This document shows positions 16,756-25,379 of a stretch of 32,000 bases of DNA, piece by piece; position 1 is the stretch's first letter, and every line of letters starts with the position of its first letter. The position numbers were made by a program, and so were the translations under genes. Origin of the DNA: Propionibacterium freudenreichii subsp. freudenreichii (lineage in GTDB: Bacteria; Actinomycetota; Actinomycetes; Propionibacteriales; Propionibacteriaceae); NCBI RefSeq assembly GCF_000940845.1, contig NZ_CP010341.1, positions 330,001 to 362,000 on the forward strand. The letters are read 5' to 3'. The notes below the pieces were generated by a model that did not search any database, had not been told where the DNA came from, and saw only the letters and a program-made list of their open reading frames with translations.

Positions 16756-17422
16756 TCAGCGTCCGACCGAGGGCAGGATCTTGGCGTCGAGCAGGCCAAG
16801 GCTGCGCTGCTGGTGGAAGTACCAGTTGAAGATGCGGCGGAAGTCGTCGGTGCCGGGGCGCGCCCAGTTGCGCATCAGTTCGCAGCCGAGGGCCAGGGCG
16901 GTGGTCGGGTGCGCGCCGGCCTGGATCATCCGGTCGAAGGCGCGGTCGTTGGTCACCTGGCTGACACCGCCCACGGCGTCGGCCACGGAGGTAGATCTCA
17001 TAGCCGGCCTCGATCATGTCGAGCGCCGGGAAGGCCAGGCAGACCTCGGTCCACAGCCCGGCCATGATGATCTTGCGGCGTCCGGTGGCCTCGATGGCCG
17101 CGCGGAACTCGGGGTCCTCCCACGCGTTGACGCCGGTGCGGTCGATCTGGTCGACGCCGGGCAGCTCGTTCATGATCTGGGGAACCGTGGGTGCGTTGAC
17201 GCCCATGCCCACCGCAACCGTGGAGACCACCGTGGGGATGTCGTAGGTGTGCGCCAGCTTTGCGAGCGTGACGACGCCCAGGTCGATCTCCTCGCGCGAG
17301 ACCGAGCCGACGGTCGCATATTGGCCGGGCTGGAAGTCGATGAGCACGACCACACTGTTCTGCGGGGTCAGCAACTGATCAGCCTGGGGGTCACGGATGG
17401 GTTCTGGATCAAGTTTCGCCAT
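16756..17422 (-). pseudogene. isochorismatase-family hydrolase (YcaC-like), 1-nt frameshift near 16987-16992
   Basis: The N-terminal part (ORF 16727..17446 from MAKLDPEP: ..VVVLIDFQPGQ..TGVNAWEDPEF..KIIMAGLWTEVCLAFPALDMIEAGYEIY) switches frame to ORF 16756..17001 (VADAVGGVSQVTNDRAFDRMIQAGAHPTT..RNWARP). Removing one C from TACCTCCGTGGCC (coding strand) gives ..YEIYLVADAVGG.. continuously. Confidence 0.75.
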
Positions 17423-17497
17423 GCCCACATTCTTGCGCGTCCACAAGGAGGTTTGCAGTAGCTCTCACCAAGCTTGCAGCGGACAAGCGCCGGTGCC

Positions 17498-17971
17498 TCA
17501 GACGTCGGCGTCGAGCAGCCGGAACATCCGCACCACGAACCAGGCCAGCTCCAGGCCCATGGCCCCGAAGATCACGACCAGGGCCAGCCAGCCCGGGAGG
17601 TTGAAGCGGGGCGACAACGCAAAGACGTTGGCGCCCACGGCCATCGCGACGATGAACCACCCGGTGAACCAGGCCATCAACGACCACAGGCGTGGCCGGA
17701 AGATCGGCCAGCGGTCCGGGTGCTGCCAGTAGGTGACGCGCTCGGCCCGCTTGCCCGGCGCGTGGAGCCCTTCGCTACTGAGGCCGACGGCCGCGCTGGC
17801 ACCCAGCAGGGCGGCAGTGAACAGGACGATGGAGATCACGGTGAAGGCCAGGAAGCCGTTGCGGGAGGTCCACGAATCAACCTGTCCCGTGACTCCGGCG
17901 TGCTGGGGCACCACCTCGGGCATCTGCGTCCATGCGGCGACGTTGATCGCCAGCCCGATCACCAACATCAC
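17498..17971 (-). CDS. hypothetical membrane protein (4 TM)
   Basis: Starts at GTG 17971 or ATG 17968. The profile is hydrophobic (LVIGLAINVAAW, FLAFTVISIVLFTAALLGASAAV, LMAWFTGWFIVAMAVGANVF, WLALVVIFGAMGLELAWFVV) with good third-position GC. No family is confidently recognised. Confidence 0.6.
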   Translation of the reverse strand: MMLVIGLAINVAAWTQMPEVVPQHAGVTGQVDSWTSRNGFLAFTVISIVLFTAALLGASAAVGLSSEGLHAPGKRAERVTYWQHPDRWPIFRPRLWSLMAWFTGWFIVAMAVGANVFALSPRFNLPGWLALVVIFGAMGLELAWFVVRMFRLLDADV

Positions 17972-18169
17972 CAGGGCCGGGCGTGAGCACTCCCAGAACC
18001 CGCGCGGCGGGTTGAGCGGATCGGTCAGGGCCTGCGGGTGCGCGTCTGCGCGGTGTCGCGACCGGACGGGTTTGGCTGACCAACCGGGGCTGGCTGGGGG
18101 TTCATGCCCCCAGTATCGGACGCGCGCCGGGCGGCGTCAGCAGGTCTGGAGATTTCGCGCCGACAACGG

Positions 18170-18203
18170 CACTGGCCGGCACCCCGAAGGGCACCGGCCA
18201 GTG
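18170..18203 (-). terminator. hairpin downstream of the aldo/keto reductase gene
   Basis: A 10-bp stem CACTGGCCGG / CCGGCCAGTG (18170-18179 / 18194-18203), about 30 nt after the stop at 18234 on the minus strand. Confidence 0.5.
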
Positions 18204-18233
18204 GTTGACAGGTCGCTGCAGCGATGGTTGTCC

Positions 18234-19088
18234 CTACTTCACGCCCTGTACCTCGTCGGGGTGGCTGCCCTGGCGTTCGTTGCGGTTGAGCGCGGTGATC
18301 TCGGCCATCTGGCCGTCGGTGAGCTCGAAGTCGAAGATCTTGGCGTTCTCCTCCATGCGCGCCCGGTGCATCGACTTGGGGAACACCACGTCGCCGCGCT
18401 GGATGTGCCAGCGCAACACCACCTGCGAGGCGGTGCGGGACAGCTCGCCGGCGATGCGGTCGATCGTCGGATCGGAGAGCACCACGCCACGGGCCAGCGG
18501 CGACCAGGCCTCGGTGACGATGCCGAGCTCCTTGTCGAGCTCGCGCAGCGGCTCCTGGGTGAGATAGGGGTGCACCTCGATCTGGTTCACCGCGGGCGTC
18601 ACGCCAGTGGCGTTGATGATCGTGCGCAGGTGATCGGGCTGGTAGTTCGACACGCCCACGGCGCGCACCCGGCCACTGCCCAGGATGTCAACCATGGCGG
18701 TCCACGTGGCTTCCAGGCTGGTGGTCTTCGCCATCGGCCAGTGCACGAGGAACAGGTCGAGCACATCGATGCCCAGGGCGGTCATCGTGTCGTCAAAGGC
18801 CTTGTGCGCGGCCTTCGGGTCGTGGAAGGCGTTGTTGAGCTTGCTGGTGATGAACAGTTGGTCGCGGGGGATGCCGGCGGACGCGATCGCCTTGCCGACG
18901 CCGGCCTCGTTGCCATACATCTCCGCGGTGTCGATGTGGCGGTAGCCGACCTCCAGCGCCTCCTCCACGATGCGTTGGGTGTCGGCGGGCGGCACCTTGT
19001 AAGTGCCGAAGCCGAGCTGCGGGATGTTGACGGTCTCGCCGCGGGTTCCATTGGTCAGGGGAATCATTGGGGCTGGGATTGCACTCAT
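18234..19088 (-). CDS. aldo/keto reductase (2,5-diketo-D-gluconate reductase-like)
   Basis: AKR signatures are present: GFGTYKV, GYRHIDTAEMYGNE, LFITSKL, LFLVHWP, NQIEVHPYL, EAWSPLARG. Confidence 0.9.
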   Translation of the reverse strand: MSAIPAPMIPLTNGTRGETVNIPQLGFGTYKVPPADTQRIVEEALEVGYRHIDTAEMYGNEAGVGKAIASAGIPRDQLFITSKLNNAFHDPKAAHKAFDDTMTALGIDVLDLFLVHWPMAKTTSLEATWTAMVDILGSGRVRAVGVSNYQPDHLRTIINATGVTPAVNQIEVHPYLTQEPLRELDKELGIVTEAWSPLARGVVLSDPTIDRIAGELSRTASQVVLRWHIQRGDVVFPKSMHRARMEENAKIFDFELTDGQMAEITALNRNERQGSHPDEVQGVK

Positions 19089-19170
19089 GACCCCACTGTT
19101 GCACGGGACCGCCCCGTTGCACGAGGCCCCGGCGGTGGTTGCGGGCGCTGGGGGCGCGAGGGGATCGGGC

Positions 19171-19235
19171 CATGCAGATGACCCCGGCCGTCAGGCCATG
19201 CAGATGACCCCGGCCGTCAGGCCATGCAGATGACC
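19171..19235. repeat. 26-bp tandem repeat, 2.5 units, overlapping the 3' end of the YwiC-like gene
   Basis: CATGCAGATGACCCCGGCCGTCAGGC occurs at 19171-19196 and 19197-19222, then CATGCAGATGACC at 19223-19235. The gene's last codons and stop (..ATC TGC ATG GCC TGA on the minus strand, stop at 19217-19219) lie in the repeat. Confidence 0.9.
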
Positions 19236-19990
19236 AGCGCCACCACGGACAGGGCCACCTCGGTGAACCCGATGAGGGCCGGCCGCAGCACGTGGCCGGT
19301 GTTGGTCGCGTGCTTCATGGCAGCGGTGCGGACGATGAGCAGCGCGAAGAACGGCGTCCACCACCAGCTCGCCAGCCCCGCACTGCCGAGCAACAACGCG
19401 ACCACCAACCAGGCGCCATGCCAGATGAGGCCGGCACGTGCCGATCCGGCGTCGCGGCGCCCGCGGATCAACGCCTTCACGTGGAACACGGTGCCGCCGA
19501 AATAGCCGTACAGCAGCGCGCCGATCCAGACATCGGTGCCGGGTGCGAGCAGGGGCCAACCGCCGCAGCGCACCACGAAGAACACCAGGCAGGCGGCACC
19601 CACCGTGGTCAGGCCGGACAGCACCGAGCGTTCCCGCTTGTGGGCGGCCAGCACCAGTGCCGCCACCACCAGGGGAGCGAACAGGACGATCCACAACGCC
19701 AGGGGAAGGCCGCCGGTCATCAGGATCGCCACACCGGCCACCAGGCAGACCAGCGAGTAGCAGATCAGCGGAGACCGTAGCGGTTGGCGGCGCGCGGGGG
19801 CCGTCTTGCGCCACGCCAGCACCGCGTTGAACAGCAGGTACCCGACCAGCCACAGCACGGCCAGCGGGATCGTCCAGGCGGGCACGTCAGCCACGCGGGC
19901 ACGCAGGATGACCGCCGCCGCGAAGGGGACGGCCAGCATCGCCCAGGCGCCGTGCTGGTTGGGGATCCAGTGCTTGATCGAGGTGCTCAT
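19217..19990 (-). CDS. YwiC-like family membrane protein
   Basis: The N-terminus ..IPNQHGAWAMLAVPF.. is followed by about 8 TM helices, typical of YwiC-like proteins (from memory). Confidence 0.7.
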   Translation of the reverse strand: MSTSIKHWIPNQHGAWAMLAVPFAAAVILRARVADVPAWTIPLAVLWLVGYLLFNAVLAWRKTAPARRQPLRSPLICYSLVCLVAGVAILMTGGLPLALWIVLFAPLVVAALVLAAHKRERSVLSGLTTVGAACLVFFVVRCGGWPLLAPGTDVWIGALLYGYFGGTVFHVKALIRGRRDAGSARAGLIWHGAWLVVALLLGSAGLASWWWTPFFALLIVRTAAMKHATNTGHVLRPALIGFTEVALSVVALVICMA

Positions 19991-20120
19991 CGTGGCGGCA
20001 GGCTATCGGGCCGGGCGCTGCGACCCGTAGTCGCGAAGAGCCAGGGGTCCGCGACGGCCACTGGGTGGAGGGTTTCGATGCGTCTATTCAGCACAACCCT
20101 CCGGTGAGTGGCCCGAACCA

Positions 20121-20173
20121 GAAGATAGGGGCGGAGAAAGCACCGTCTATGGGGCTTTATCCGCCCCTATCTT
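20121..20173 (+). repeat. hairpin module A, copy 3 (hairpin only)
   Basis: GAAGATAGGGGCGGAGAAAGCACCG-TCTA-TGGGGCTTTATCCGCCCCTATCTTC. It lies 23 nt downstream of the stop (20197) of the minus-strand methyltransferase gene. The stem has a few mismatches. Confidence 0.75.
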
Positions 20174-20196
20174 CGTTGGACCGCTGGCGTCGGCCC

Positions 20197-21186
20197 TCAG
20201 CGGGCGATCGAGCGCGTCACCGTGTAGAAGGGGTTCTGGAAATCGACCGTCGTGGGGCCGATCGACGCCGTCAGGCGCGCCTTCCACGGCAGGTGCGAGT
20301 TGTAGACGCACCAGAACTCACCACCGGGACGCAGCAGGCGTCCGGCTTCGGTGAACATCTCCAACGCCGGCTCGGAGTCCTTCGCCACGCCACGGTGGAA
20401 GGGCGGGTTGCAGACGATCACGTCGAGGCTGTCGGCGGGCCAGTCGTTCAGGTTCCACGCCCAGTGCACCGTGACGTGCCTGCCGTTGGCCTCGCTGGTG
20501 ATGCGGGTGGAGTCCACCGCGGCCAGGCTCGTGTCCACGCCGTGCACGGTGGCCTCGGGATTGGCACGGGCGAGCAGCGTCGCCAGGATGCCGGAGCCAC
20601 AGCCGAGGTCGAGCAGGTCATTGCCGTGCAGGTCGGCGCAGCGCTCCGCCAGCAGGCGGGTGCCGTCGTCCACCTTGTTGGTGGCGAACACGGCGCCGTG
20701 GGCGATCACGCCCAGTGACGGCTCGGGATGCAGGTTCTCCCGGGGCCAGGTGAGCTCGGTGGGCGTGGCGCCGATGGCGTGCAGGGCACGCGACTTGTTG
20801 CGTCCCAGCGACGCCGACACCGCCTTGAAGTGCTTGCCGAGCACGTCGTTCATTGACAGGGTCATGTGCTTGGTGCGTCCGGCCGCCACCAGGTGCACGC
20901 CGGGCAGGGCATGTGCCGAGATGCGCTCGGCATATTCGTCGAGTGCGGCCAGCGCCTTCGGCAGCCGCATCCACACCAGGTCGACGCCCTCCAGCGTCGC
21001 CGCGTCCAGCGCCTCGATGAGCAACGATCGGGGCACCTGGTCGGCGTCGCGGCGATCGTCGCAGTAGATGGACACCCGCCCGGCGACGTCGCTGGCTGCG
21101 TCGGCAAGCTCGGGGGAGTCGATGACGAGCAGGTGCTTGGCGCTCTCGGGGGATTCTTCGATGATCATGCGGTCGACGGGGTCCAT
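20197..21186 (-). CDS. class I SAM-dependent methyltransferase, RsmC/RlmG-like (rRNA guanine-N2)
   Basis: Contains LLDLGCGSGIL (motif I) and VCNPPFH (NPPF/H motif IV). The 329-aa size and the N-terminal non-catalytic domain fit the RsmC-like architecture. Confidence 0.8.
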   Translation of the reverse strand: MDPVDRMIIEESPESAKHLLVIDSPELADAASDVAGRVSIYCDDRRDADQVPRSLLIEALDAATLEGVDLVWMRLPKALAALDEYAERISAHALPGVHLVAAGRTKHMTLSMNDVLGKHFKAVSASLGRNKSRALHAIGATPTELTWPRENLHPEPSLGVIAHGAVFATNKVDDGTRLLAERCADLHGNDLLDLGCGSGILATLLARANPEATVHGVDTSLAAVDSTRITSEANGRHVTVHWAWNLNDWPADSLDVIVCNPPFHRGVAKDSEPALEMFTEAGRLLRPGGEFWCVYNSHLPWKARLTASIGPTTVDFQNPFYTVTRSIAR

Positions 21187-21278
21187 GGTGCCGATTGTTT
21201 CCTACTGGACCCACTTGGGGCATCCCGGGGGATGTGGTGGCCGCGTGCGTGCGGGCGGGGACGTTACCCTCAATACCC

Positions 21279-22601
21279 GTGGCCATCTGGACGAAGAGTG
21301 ATCGGGAACTGTTCGCGTTGGCCATTCCCACCTTCGCCTCGCTGGTGTCCGAGCCGCTGCTGGTGCTGGCCGATACTGCCTTCATCGGCCACCTGGGTGC
21401 CGTGCCGCTGGCCGGGCTCGGCCTGGGCGGCAATGTATTGGGCGTTGTCACCGGCCTGTGCGTCTTCCTCGCCTATGCCACCACCGGCACCACGGCGCGT
21501 CGCTTCGGGGCCGGCGATCCGCGCGGAGCCTTCGAGGCCGGACGCGACGGCATGGCCCTGGGTGCGGTGCTCGGCGCCGTGCTGGCCGCCCTCATCTGGG
21601 CGCTCGCACCCACCATCATCGGCTGGTACCACCCGGCCCCCGACGTCGCAGCGGCTGCCGTGGCCTATCTGCGGCTGGTGATCCTCGGATTGCCGTTCCA
21701 GCTGGTCGTGCTGGCCTCCACCGGACTGTTGCGCGGCCTGCAGGACGCCCGCACCCCGATGGCGGTGGCGATCGGGGTGAACCTGACCAATATCGGCCTG
21801 GACGCCCTGCTCATCTACGGTTTCGGGTTCGGCATCCGCGGCTCGGCCACCGCCACCGCGACCGCGCAGGCGGCGTCCTGCCTGGTGCTCGTGGCGGTGA
21901 TCGCGCGGCGCGCCCGGGCCCGCAACCTGCCCGGCGGTGGGGTGCCGTTGCGTCCCAGCCTGCACGGCATGTTCGACGCGATGTCGCACGGCGGCTGGCT
22001 GGTGGTGCGCAGCCTGGGCCTGTGGATCTCGCTGACCGCCACCACCGTGGTGGCCACCCGCATGGGTTCGCTCATCCTGGCCGCCCACCAGGTGGCGAAC
22101 TCGATCTGGAACTTCCTGTCGTTCTCGCTCGATGCGCTGGCGATCGCCTGCCAGGCGCTGATCGGACGCTATCTGGGCGCCGAGGACCCAAGCGGCGCCA
22201 AGCGCGTGATGCGTCGGGCCATGGGTTGGGGAGTCGTGCAGGCGTGCTTGGTGGGCGTGGTGCTGGTGGTGGCGCGTCCGCTCATCATCCGCATCTTCAC
22301 CACCGATCCGGCGATCACCCACCTGCTGCTCGGTGCCCTGGTGGTGCTGGCCTGCCTGCAGCCGCTGGCCTCCCTGGTGTTCGTGCTCGATGGGGTGCTG
22401 ATCGGTGCCGGCGACACCCGCTACCTGGCGATTGCGGGGCTGTTCGTGGTGGTGATCCACCTGCCGCTGCTGGCGCTCGTGTGGCACTTCGACGCCGGGC
22501 TGGTGTGGCTGTGGATCGCCTACGGCGGGTTCCTTGCCGCGCGCGGCCTGACGCTGGCCCTGCGCGCCCGGTCAGGACGCTGGGCGTCGACCGGCGAATA
22601 G
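21279..22601 (+). CDS. MATE-family efflux transporter (DinF-like)
   Basis: Twelve TM-like segments. The N-terminus ..DRELFALAIPTFASLVSEPLLVLADTAFIGHLG.. is typical of MATE proteins. The start is uncertain. GTG 21279 is preferred over 21195, which would leave only 8 bp to the divergent gene. Confidence 0.8.
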   Translation: MAIWTKSDRELFALAIPTFASLVSEPLLVLADTAFIGHLGAVPLAGLGLGGNVLGVVTGLCVFLAYATTGTTARRFGAGDPRGAFEAGRDGMALGAVLGAVLAALIWALAPTIIGWYHPAPDVAAAAVAYLRLVILGLPFQLVVLASTGLLRGLQDARTPMAVAIGVNLTNIGLDALLIYGFGFGIRGSATATATAQAASCLVLVAVIARRARARNLPGGGVPLRPSLHGMFDAMSHGGWLVVRSLGLWISLTATTVVATRMGSLILAAHQVANSIWNFLSFSLDALAIACQALIGRYLGAEDPSGAKRVMRRAMGWGVVQACLVGVVLVVARPLIIRIFTTDPAITHLLLGALVVLACLQPLASLVFVLDGVLIGAGDTRYLAIAGLFVVVIHLPLLALVWHFDAGLVWLWIAYGGFLAARGLTLALRARSGRWASTGE

Positions 22602-22727
22602 GTGTGGACGCGGGGCCGCCGGGAAAGATAGGTGCGGATAAAGCACCGTCTGTGGTGCCTCATCCGCACCTATCTTCCAAGTGCGGGTTGGGACGCCGCG
22701 GTCCCGCCCCTCATGGTCAACGCGGCA

Positions 22728-23771
22728 CTAGGTGTACTTCCCCGTGACGTTGTGAACGCGGGCTGAGGGAGTCTGGCCGCCGATCCCGGTGTGGGGTCTG
22801 TGGTGATTGTAGTGATGGAGCCAGGTCTCGTAGGCTGCGGCGCGCTCGGCTTCGCTGGCGTAGGGCTTCGCGTAGGCCCACTCGACGGCGAGGGTTCGGT
22901 TGAACCGCTCGACCTTGCCGTTGGTCTGCGGCCGGTATGGCCGGGTCCACTTGTGCTTCACCTCGTCGCCGAGCGCGTCAGCGAAGGCGCCTGACCGGTA
23001 GCAGGAACCGTTGTCGGTCATCACCGCGGTGACTGTGACGCCCAGGCCTGCGAAGAACGCGTTCGCGCGGGTCCAGAACCCCGCTGCGGTCTCTTTGCGC
23101 TCGTCGTCAAGGATCTCTGAGTACGCGATCCGGGAGTGGTCGTCCACGGCGTGGTGCAGATACCGGTAGCCGCGAGAGCCGGCTGCCCCGGCACGGGCTG
23201 CCTTGTCGCGGGCCACTCCCGCGTGACGGTCCTGCATGGATCCGCGACCGTGGGCACGCCACCCGCCGCCGTCGGGGATCCGGCCTTGTTTCTTGATATC
23301 TACGTGCACGAGCTGGCCCGGCGCGGCGACCTCGTACCGTTTCGGCTTCGGGCGGCGAACCGGCAGCCCGGTGGCCTGGTCGATGTTGATCAGCTTCGGC
23401 ATCTTGTATCGGGCGAGCACCCGACCGACCGTGGAACGGTGCAACCGCAGGTGATACGCGATCCGGTGCGGACCCCACCGGCGAGTGAACCGCAACGCGA
23501 CGATCCGATGCTCCGTCTTACGCGAAAGCCGGTTCGGTGACGAGGTGGGCCTCGAACTACGGTCGATCAACGGCAGCCCTGCCCGGTACCTGTCGGCCCA
23601 CCGCTTCACCGTCGCGGGCGAGCACTGGAACCGTTCCGCCGCCCGCCGCAACGACCAGCCCTGTTCCACGACGAGAACAGCAAGACGACGACGCCCTTCC
23701 GGTGTCAAGGGTGCGTTAGCGTGAGTCACGAAGACCTCCGTGGTCAGGAGAGTGAGTGTGGTAACCCACAT
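22728..23771 (-). CDS. IS481-family transposase (rve integrase core)
   Basis: THANAPLTPEGRRRLAVLVVEQGWSLRRAAERF (HTH) is followed by the DDE region ..VHVDIKK..HHAVDDHSR..MTDNGSCYRS..TRPYRPQTNGKVERFNRTL... The likely true start is GTG 23726 (VTHANAPL). The stop codon TAG (22730-22728) lies outside the IS end, in the duplicated CTAG target. Confidence 0.9.
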   Translation of the reverse strand: MWVTTLTLLTTEVFVTHANAPLTPEGRRRLAVLVVEQGWSLRRAAERFQCSPATVKRWADRYRAGLPLIDRSSRPTSSPNRLSRKTEHRIVALRFTRRWGPHRIAYHLRLHRSTVGRVLARYKMPKLINIDQATGLPVRRPKPKRYEVAAPGQLVHVDIKKQGRIPDGGGWRAHGRGSMQDRHAGVARDKAARAGAAGSRGYRYLHHAVDDHSRIAYSEILDDERKETAAGFWTRANAFFAGLGVTVTAVMTDNGSCYRSGAFADALGDEVKHKWTRPYRPQTNGKVERFNRTLAVEWAYAKPYASEAERAAAYETWLHHYNHHRPHTGIGGQTPSARVHNVTGKYT

Positions 23772-23825
23772 CCTGCCCGGAGGTCTTCGCTACCTCACCC
23801 GTTCACAACCTCCCGGGGAAGTACA
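22733..23825 (-). mobile_element. IS481-family insertion sequence (1,093 bp) with 6-bp target duplication ACTAGG
   Basis: Inverted repeats are TGTACTTCCCCGTGACGTTGTGAAC (22733 onward) and the reverse complement of the right end, TGTACTTCCCCGGGAGGTTGTGAAC (ending at 23825). ACTAGG occurs at 22727-22732 and 23826-23831. The uninterrupted copy at 25157-25162 has a single ACTAGG. The target fits the known IS481 preference NCTAGN. Confidence 0.9.
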
Positions 23826-23926
23826 ACTAGGGGAGGACTTTTACGTCGTCTAACCTGCAAAGGTCCTCACTTAGTGGGGGAAGGGTGGGGGGCGTCGTTC
23901 GGGGCCGGGCCAGTCCTCGAACCGGG

Positions 23927-24868
23927 TCAGAGCTCGGTGCCCGCGAAGAAGTCCTCGTCGATCTCGCCGATCTCGTAGGTCTTCTTCACCTGGACGCCCA
24001 CGTGATAGCGGATCATGAGGGACGCCAGACGCGCGCCGTCAATCAGCACGACACGCGTGGGCAGTTTTTCGGCAAAGTCTCGGGCATCGGTGCTGAACCG
24101 GGAGGTGGTGAAGAACACACCCTGATTGGCACCGTTTCCCTGTAGCGCGCCCGCGAACGCCTGGACGGTGGGCCGACCGACTGCGGCGTCGAGGTCGTAG
24201 CGCTTGGCCTGTACGTAGACGCGACTCAGCCCGAGCGCGTCCTGATCGACGATCCCGTCGATTCCGCCATCACGCGAGAGCTGGGTGCGGGTGATGCGAC
24301 CGTCCGTGCCGGGATAGCCCATCGCCTCCAACAGGCTGAGCACGGCGTCCTCGAAGAACGCCGGGTCCTGATCGTGCAGGCGCCCCAGTAGTTCGCTCGC
24401 CAGCTCTTCGTGGATGCGTTCGATGCCCTCCTCGATCTGCTCGGTGGGCGACAGCGCGGCGGTCTCGGCCGGGATGGTGCTGGACGATTCCGGAACCGAC
24501 GCGGGTGACGTGGACGCTGCATTGCGGTGATTGCTGGGGATCACATACCCCGGCACTGCGCGCAGGTCGTGTTCGGTCAGGCCTGCCGGATGCGATGCCA
24601 GGAGCTGGCGGCCGACGTCGGTGATCCGGTAGTGGGCGCGTGTCGGACGCTCCACCGCCCCGGCCCGATACAGGTATGACAAGGCCCAATTGGCGCGATT
24701 CGCGAAGCGCGGTTGGCCCGAGGGCAGCAACTTCTCGCGTTGCTCGGGCGTGATGGCCAGAGCGTCGGCGACCGGGGCAGCAACGGTATTGCCCCGGTGG
24801 ATGTCGCCATCGGCCAGCAGGCGCAGCGCGGGCACCATGAACTCTTCCCACGTGGGCATTGACGTCAT
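23927..24868 (-). CDS. mrr: Mrr-family type IV restriction endonuclease
   Basis: The start is taken at ATG 24868 (MTSMPTWEEF), with GGGGAGA upstream. The N-terminal Mrr_N winged helix reads FMVPALRLLADG..QPRFANRANWALSYLYRAGAVERP..YRIT. The C-terminal PD-(D/E)xK catalytic core reads DGGIDGIVDQDALGLSRVYVQAKRY..FFTTSRFS. Confidence 0.9.
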   Translation of the reverse strand: MTSMPTWEEFMVPALRLLADGDIHRGNTVAAPVADALAITPEQREKLLPSGQPRFANRANWALSYLYRAGAVERPTRAHYRITDVGRQLLASHPAGLTEHDLRAVPGYVIPSNHRNAASTSPASVPESSSTIPAETAALSPTEQIEEGIERIHEELASELLGRLHDQDPAFFEDAVLSLLEAMGYPGTDGRITRTQLSRDGGIDGIVDQDALGLSRVYVQAKRYDLDAAVGRPTVQAFAGALQGNGANQGVFFTTSRFSTDARDFAEKLPTRVVLIDGARLASLMIRYHVGVQVKKTYEIGEIDEDFFAGTEL

Positions 24869-25055
24869 GTGTTCTCCCCGTTCGTGGCGGGTGGACGCGG
24901 CAGTGCGACCACGTGCGGCCGACAGCATGGTAGCGGTCGGGTGGGTAGGGATCCGGGGCGCAGGGCCGCATCGTCGTTATCAGTGGGGGAGCCAGGATCG
25001 GTGCCGCTATAGGGCACGTCACTCGGAGGGATCAGGCCCTCCACGGGGTGCCCAC

Positions 25056-25212
25056 GAAAGACAGGTGCGGATAAAGCACCGTCTGTGGTGCCTCATCCGC
25101 ACCTATCTTCCAAGTGCGGGTTGGGACGCCGCGGTCCCGCCCCTCATGGTCAACGCGGCACTAGGGGAGGACTTTTACGTCGTCTAACCTGCAAAGGTCC
25201 TCACTTAGTGGG
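25056..25212 (+). repeat. 157-bp repeat (hairpin A + inverted module B), copy 5, intact
   Basis: Hairpin A is at 25056-25111. The 36-nt core in reverse orientation (GAGGACTTTTACGTCGTCTAACCTGCAAAGGTCCTC) is at 25167-25202. It is a direct repeat of copy 4. Confidence 0.9.
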
Positions 25213-25379
25213 ACCGGAGCTGCGGGCCGCTCGTCGACGCACCCGCCCCACATGCCCGCCCCACGCCGCACTACCCCACACCACCGACAAACAGGTTGGT
25301 TACGCACACATGAGACGGCTCATCTCATAGTTGTGTGGACCTGCTTGTAACGCCCCCGTGGCGGTGGGACGGTGTGGAT

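Larger units (their letters stand above)
22623..23878 (+). repeat. 157-bp repeat (hairpin A + inverted module B), copy 4, split by IS481 (parts 22623-22732 and 23832-23878)
   Basis: After removing 22733-23831 the sequence matches 25056-25212 at 156/157 positions (T at 22629 versus C at 25062). It starts 21 nt after the MATE stop. Confidence 0.9.

Noticed and set aside
20197-21186. Whether the SAM-dependent methyltransferase could be the modification partner of a restriction system with the nearby mrr.
   Set aside because: Its architecture and motifs are those of RsmC/RlmG-type rRNA methyltransferases. It lies outside the repeat-bracketed cassette, separated from it by the MATE gene. Mrr-type enzymes act on modified DNA and need no cognate methylase.
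21195-21278. Longer N-terminus for the MATE transporter starting at 21195.
   Set aside because: It would leave only 8 bp between divergent start codons, and the extra 28 aa are not MATE-like. The start remains uncertain.
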